A stretch of 64,000 nucleotides of DNA. Source: a virus. The DNA is taken from positions 1 through 64,000 of the IMG/VR virus record IMGVR_UViG_3300025849_000018; one strand, 5' to 3'. The translations under genes were made by a program, and so were the position numbers. Positions 58,035-64,000 of this stretch are shown here, one piece after another. Each line of letters starts with the position of its first letter. The stretch's first letter is position 1. The notes under the pieces were generated by a model. The model saw only the letters and a program-made list of their open reading frames with translations. It had not been told where the DNA came from and searched no databases.

Positions 58035-58403
58035 TTAAGTTCCTGAGATAGGAGTTCCTGGTCGAAAAATAATATCAGTTGAATTAACTGCGAACCCTAT
58101 AAACAGTGATCGCACTGTTGTTGAGGGTGTCGGGGGAGAACTGGTTGGTGTTCCATCTGCTGCTAGAAAAAGTGTAGAACCTGCGCTCAATCCAGTAAAT
58201 CCTTGAACTAATCCCCAACTATAATATATATCATTTATTTTGATTAAAACATTGTTGAGTTGTATAGATGTGTCACTCGAATCTGCATCTGTAACGGTGT
58301 TAGTTCCATTGATGCGAACAATCTTGCCATTAGTACCTCCAGTTAAACCGCTCACTGTGAGAGCAACATCGGTAATCACATTTGTTGATTTAACAAAAGA
58401 CAT
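58035..58403 (-). CDS. Small putative virion protein
   Basis: GL.AG...FL..DG..T..PP...IGFAV motif. Confidence 0.7.
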   Translation of the reverse strand: MSFVKSTNVITDVALTVSGLTGGTNGKIVRINGTNTVTDADSSDTSIQLNNVLIKINDIYYSWGLVQGFTGLSAGSTLFLAADGTPTSSPPTPSTTVRSLFIGFAVNSTDIIFRPGTPISGT

Positions 58404-58405
58404 TT

Positions 58406-59359
58406 TTAAACTCCTTTCCTTGATATTTCTATATATGCGGTATTAGAAACAGAACCAGTGTTATCTGAATTTTGAACATACATTTCCAGATAATCATTCT
58501 CAGCGAGCGAATATATTTCGTCCAAAGAAACTGTGGAGTTTGGACCGAGAGTGGCTGTTTCAAGTGTTGTTGTGGCATTTTTCTTTAAAGAAAAAGTATA
58601 CGAATCAGAAGAACCTGCTGATGTCGTTGTAAACAGACCATTTACTCTATAGTATCCATCAACCTTTATTGTCAGTCTTGATGCTGTACCATTGCTCCAA
58701 TATTCTGATCCCAATACATCAGCATTTTGATCATATTCTGTTTCGGAAAAGGTGATCGCCGTGTCGCTGGATGTTACCGAAAAGGGAGAGGTCAAATAAG
58801 TCTTAGCACCTGAGAAAGCACTCCAAGTAGAAATGCCTGTGCCGAGAGATAGACCTTCTTGAGTAAATTCTATGAAACTTGTATCGCTTTCTATTGAACC
58901 TGCGGCCGTGCTTTCTGCCGCAAAAATTTCTATATAATCTCCAACAGTTAGTTGTAATACATCTTCAAAATTGACAAACTGATTACTTGATACAGTTGTT
59001 GTTGATAACTGTGTTCCATTTTTATAAATCGCGATTGTATATGAAGAAGCAGTACCACCCGCAGTTGTGTTTATCTGACCATTCAACCGATAAAATCCAT
59101 TCTCAGTAATAGAAAATCTTGTCGGTGCTGAGACAGTCCAAAGACCAGCGGTGTCAAATTCTTCAGTTGTCCAGGATATTCCTGTCATCGTTTCACTTAA
59201 CGCGAAGTCCGAAGATAACTTGAGTTTCGCACCTTTAAATGCTCTCTTTGTTGAACGTGTGATCACGTCCCACTTCTCGCCATCCCATTGCCACACAGCA
59301 GCATTGTCATCTGTATATGTGTCATTCGTTGACGGTGATGTTGGAAAATCTAATGCCAT
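58406..59359 (-). CDS. Virion protein with two C1q/TNF-like domains
   Basis: Duplicated AF.GAK...E.D...W....RL.I...G.YR.NG...L..GDY.E; LDFP.SP N-module. Confidence 0.75.
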   Translation of the reverse strand: MALDFPTSPSTNDTYTDDNAAVWQWDGEKWDVITRSTKRAFKGAKLKLSSDFALSETMTGISWTTEEFDTAGLWTVSAPTRFSITENGFYRLNGQINTTAGGTASSYTIAIYKNGTQLSTTTVSSNQFVNFEDVLQLTVGDYIEIFAAESTAAGSIESDTSFIEFTQEGLSLGTGISTWSAFSGAKTYLTSPFSVTSSDTAITFSETEYDQNADVLGSEYWSNGTASRLTIKVDGYYRVNGLFTTTSAGSSDSYTFSLKKNATTTLETATLGPNSTVSLDEIYSLAENDYLEMYVQNSDNTGSVSNTAYIEISRKGV

Positions 59360-60144
59360 TATTGTGTCGCTCTTATTTTTTTCCTAATATTAGGACTTGT
59401 TAATTCACTTGATGTAGATTGACCATATAAAAACTCAACGCCTTCGTTAGTCCGCGTTTGGTCCGATCCATCCAATTTAAAATAAACTCCTATCATCAAA
59501 TATCCATCGGCAGAACCTAATTCGTCTCCTGCGGATGCAAAACTGTCACAGTACCAAGAAATATTCATAGTCGCGGCAGACATATTGGTTTCTCTTTGAC
59601 TTTCTGCTGTTGTAATTGATGTTGTCAAACCAGCATCAGAAAACATTGGGACAGCACCAGGAGAAGAATAACCAGAAGCAGGAACCCATTGGTTAGTTGA
59701 TGTGTCAAAACCACCAACGAACAGTTGCGCGCCCATTCGCATGTCTAGTCTTTGTCTACTGGTCCTGATGTTCTGTACATCTAATGATAACGACCACTGG
59801 CCAGCATCAAATTTAGTATTGTAAGGATATAATAATGCTATTCCATTATTTACCACTAATTGTTCGCTCGCGCCAGATGTCACGTTTCTCGTAAAAGTTC
59901 CTGTCGTCAGCGATGTGCCAGCGGTGACGCTCCAACTTGGTAACGAACCAGACAAGTTATTATCATTTATCTCACTACCTCCAGTAAAAGTCTGGTCCAT
60001 CCATCCATATTGCGTACCACTCTCACGGCTAACATTCCAAATACTTGTAGTTGAATCATTAGTTCCTGTTGGTACGCCAGTCAAAGATGGTTGCCAAACT
60101 AAAGCATTATTAATTTGATTTAAATACCAAGTCTTAGTTGCCAT
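59359..60144 (-). CDS. Putative virion protein
   Basis: S/T/G-rich, TAATG coupled. Confidence 0.7.
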   Translation of the reverse strand: MATKTWYLNQINNALVWQPSLTGVPTGTNDSTTSIWNVSRESGTQYGWMDQTFTGGSEINDNNLSGSLPSWSVTAGTSLTTGTFTRNVTSGASEQLVVNNGIALLYPYNTKFDAGQWSLSLDVQNIRTSRQRLDMRMGAQLFVGGFDTSTNQWVPASGYSSPGAVPMFSDAGLTTSITTAESQRETNMSAATMNISWYCDSFASAGDELGSADGYLMIGVYFKLDGSDQTRTNEGVEFLYGQSTSSELTSPNIRKKIRATQ

Positions 60145-60155
60145 TTCAATTCACC

Positions 60156-62750
<2,595 letters not shown>

Positions 62751-62804
62751 CTCTAATTCTCTATATAGAGTTCAATAAAGGATTATATAATCCTAATACT
62801 AATA

Positions 62805-63998
62805 TTATTTATTTTTTAATATATCAACTTCTTTCTTCAGGTCTTTGACTGCTTCAATTAAATATCCAACCAAATTACCATAAGAAACAGTGAGATATTC
62901 TCCGGTGTTGTCCACTAGTTCAGGAGCAATTTCTTGCATTTCTTGTGCGATTACACCACTTTCTTCTCTACCACCTTTCGTGTATGAAACACCACGCATA
63001 TCATAAACTTTTGTACCATCAAGAGTTTCTATGTTGTCTTTCAATCTCACATCAGAAGTTGAGTTGAAATTAGCTGCCGACATATCACCTGTTATGGTTA
63101 CAGAATTTGTACCAGAGTTGAAAACAAATCCAGATGATCCCGCTAATGTTCCACTATTATTAAACTGAACCTGTGTGTCTGATCCGGCGACACCAGATGG
63201 AGCGGGTATCCAGTCATAATCAGTGCCAGTCCAACTCAACACCTCAGAAGATGCTGCTGAACTGGTGTTTAAGTGAGTATCTACATCTGAATTGGTATAA
63301 CCAGCATTATCTACCCACGCATAATCTGTTCCATTCCAACTCAGTACATATCCACTTGTTGGATTGGTTTGATTTAGATGTGTATCTACTCTAGCATCTG
63401 TATAGTAAAGGTTAGTCGAACCTTCTGATACATCATCAGTATCAGCTGCTGCAATTCTAGCATCTGCTCTAGCATCTGTATAGTAAAGGTTAGTCGAACC
63501 TTCTGATACATCATCAGTATCAGCTGCTGCAATTCTAGCATCTGCTCTAGCATCTGTATAGTAAAGGTTTGTTCCTTCACTTAAATTTGTTGTTGACTTA
63601 GCAGTGAATCCTGCATCTACTCTAGCATCTGCTCTAGCATCTGTATAGTAAAGGTTAGTCGAACCTTCTGTTATTTCATCCGTATTATCTTTTGTTAATA
63701 TTTGAGTATCAACGTATGCTTTTACTGACTGTTGTGTTGGAACTAATGCATCACTGTTAGATAACATGGTATCTTCATCAATAAATCCATTGATTACGTG
63801 TGCTGAATCCGCTGGCACCGCGCCAGTAATTATTAAATCAGTGCCATCATGTTTTATTGTAACATCCGATCCAGTACCAAACGACAACGGAATATTATCA
63901 TTAACCCTTGGACCAGAAGAAGTGAAGATTAGAAATCCGCTGGTATGAATATCCTGTGCATCTGATCTTAAAAACGACGTTGAATCTAAATTATCAAA
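62805..63998 (-). CDS. Partial tail fibre with S74 chaperone (begins beyond window)
   Basis: Frame open to window edge (DNLDSTSFLRSDA); EGSTNLYYTDARADAR repeats; SDVRLKDNI...GVIAQE. Confidence 0.9.
   Translation of the reverse strand, partial: FDNLDSTSFLRSDAQDIHTSGFLIFTSSGPRVNDNIPLSFGTGSDVTIKHDGTDLIITGAVPADSAHVINGFIDEDTMLSNSDALVPTQQSVKAYVDTQILTKDNTDEITEGSTNLYYTDARADARVDAGFTAKSTTNLSEGTNLYYTDARADARIAAADTDDVSEGSTNLYYTDARADARIAAADTDDVSEGSTNLYYTDARVDTHLNQTNPTSGYVLSWNGTDYAWVDNAGYTNSDVDTHLNTSSAASSEVLSWTGTDYDWIPAPSGVAGSDTQVQFNNSGTLAGSSGFVFNSGTNSVTITGDMSAANFNSTSDVRLKDNIETLDGTKVYDMRGVSYTKGGREESGVIAQEMQEIAPELVDNTGEYLTVSYGNLVGYLIEAVKDLKKEVDILKNK
63388..63570. repeat. 75-bp coding tandem repeat
   Basis: Encodes TDDVSEGSTNLYYTDARADARIAAA units; related copy near 63619-63670. 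Confidence 0.85.
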
Positions 63999-64000
63999 TG

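Overview
A 64-kb slice of a T4-like myovirus genome, almost all on the minus strand, probably marine and infecting a proteobacterium (host is inferred from IHF boxes, a TonB-box-like peptide, CGGG lipoproteins and an ANDN...ALAA tmRNA tag). In transcription order (right to left): a tail-fibre/adhesin region (collagen-like GFTGS fibres, S74-chaperone fibres, a 1390-aa beta-propeller-type protein, three FG-GAP paralogs) interleaved with modifying enzymes (triple glycosyltransferase, FkbM methyltransferase, 2OG-Fe(II) oxygenase, sulfotransferase); the conserved structural block gp13-gp23 and gp3; uvsY, uvsW, gp55, gp47, gp46, def, gp45, gp44, gp62, regA; an ~11-kb accessory island; hsp20, a lysozyme and gp43. 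Non-coding highlights read directly from the sequence: a circularly permuted two-piece tmRNA, tRNA-Thr(UGU), a truncated tRNA-Asn, a non-canonical tRNA-Gly-like RNA in the clamp/clamp-loader region (hypothesised glycine donor for a Mom-like DUF4338 enzyme), a ROSE-like thermometer on hsp20, a repeated IHF+sigma70 promoter cassette, and a 675-bp mosaic insertion stitched from local gene ends by microhomology. All family calls come from motif recognition; no database searches were run.
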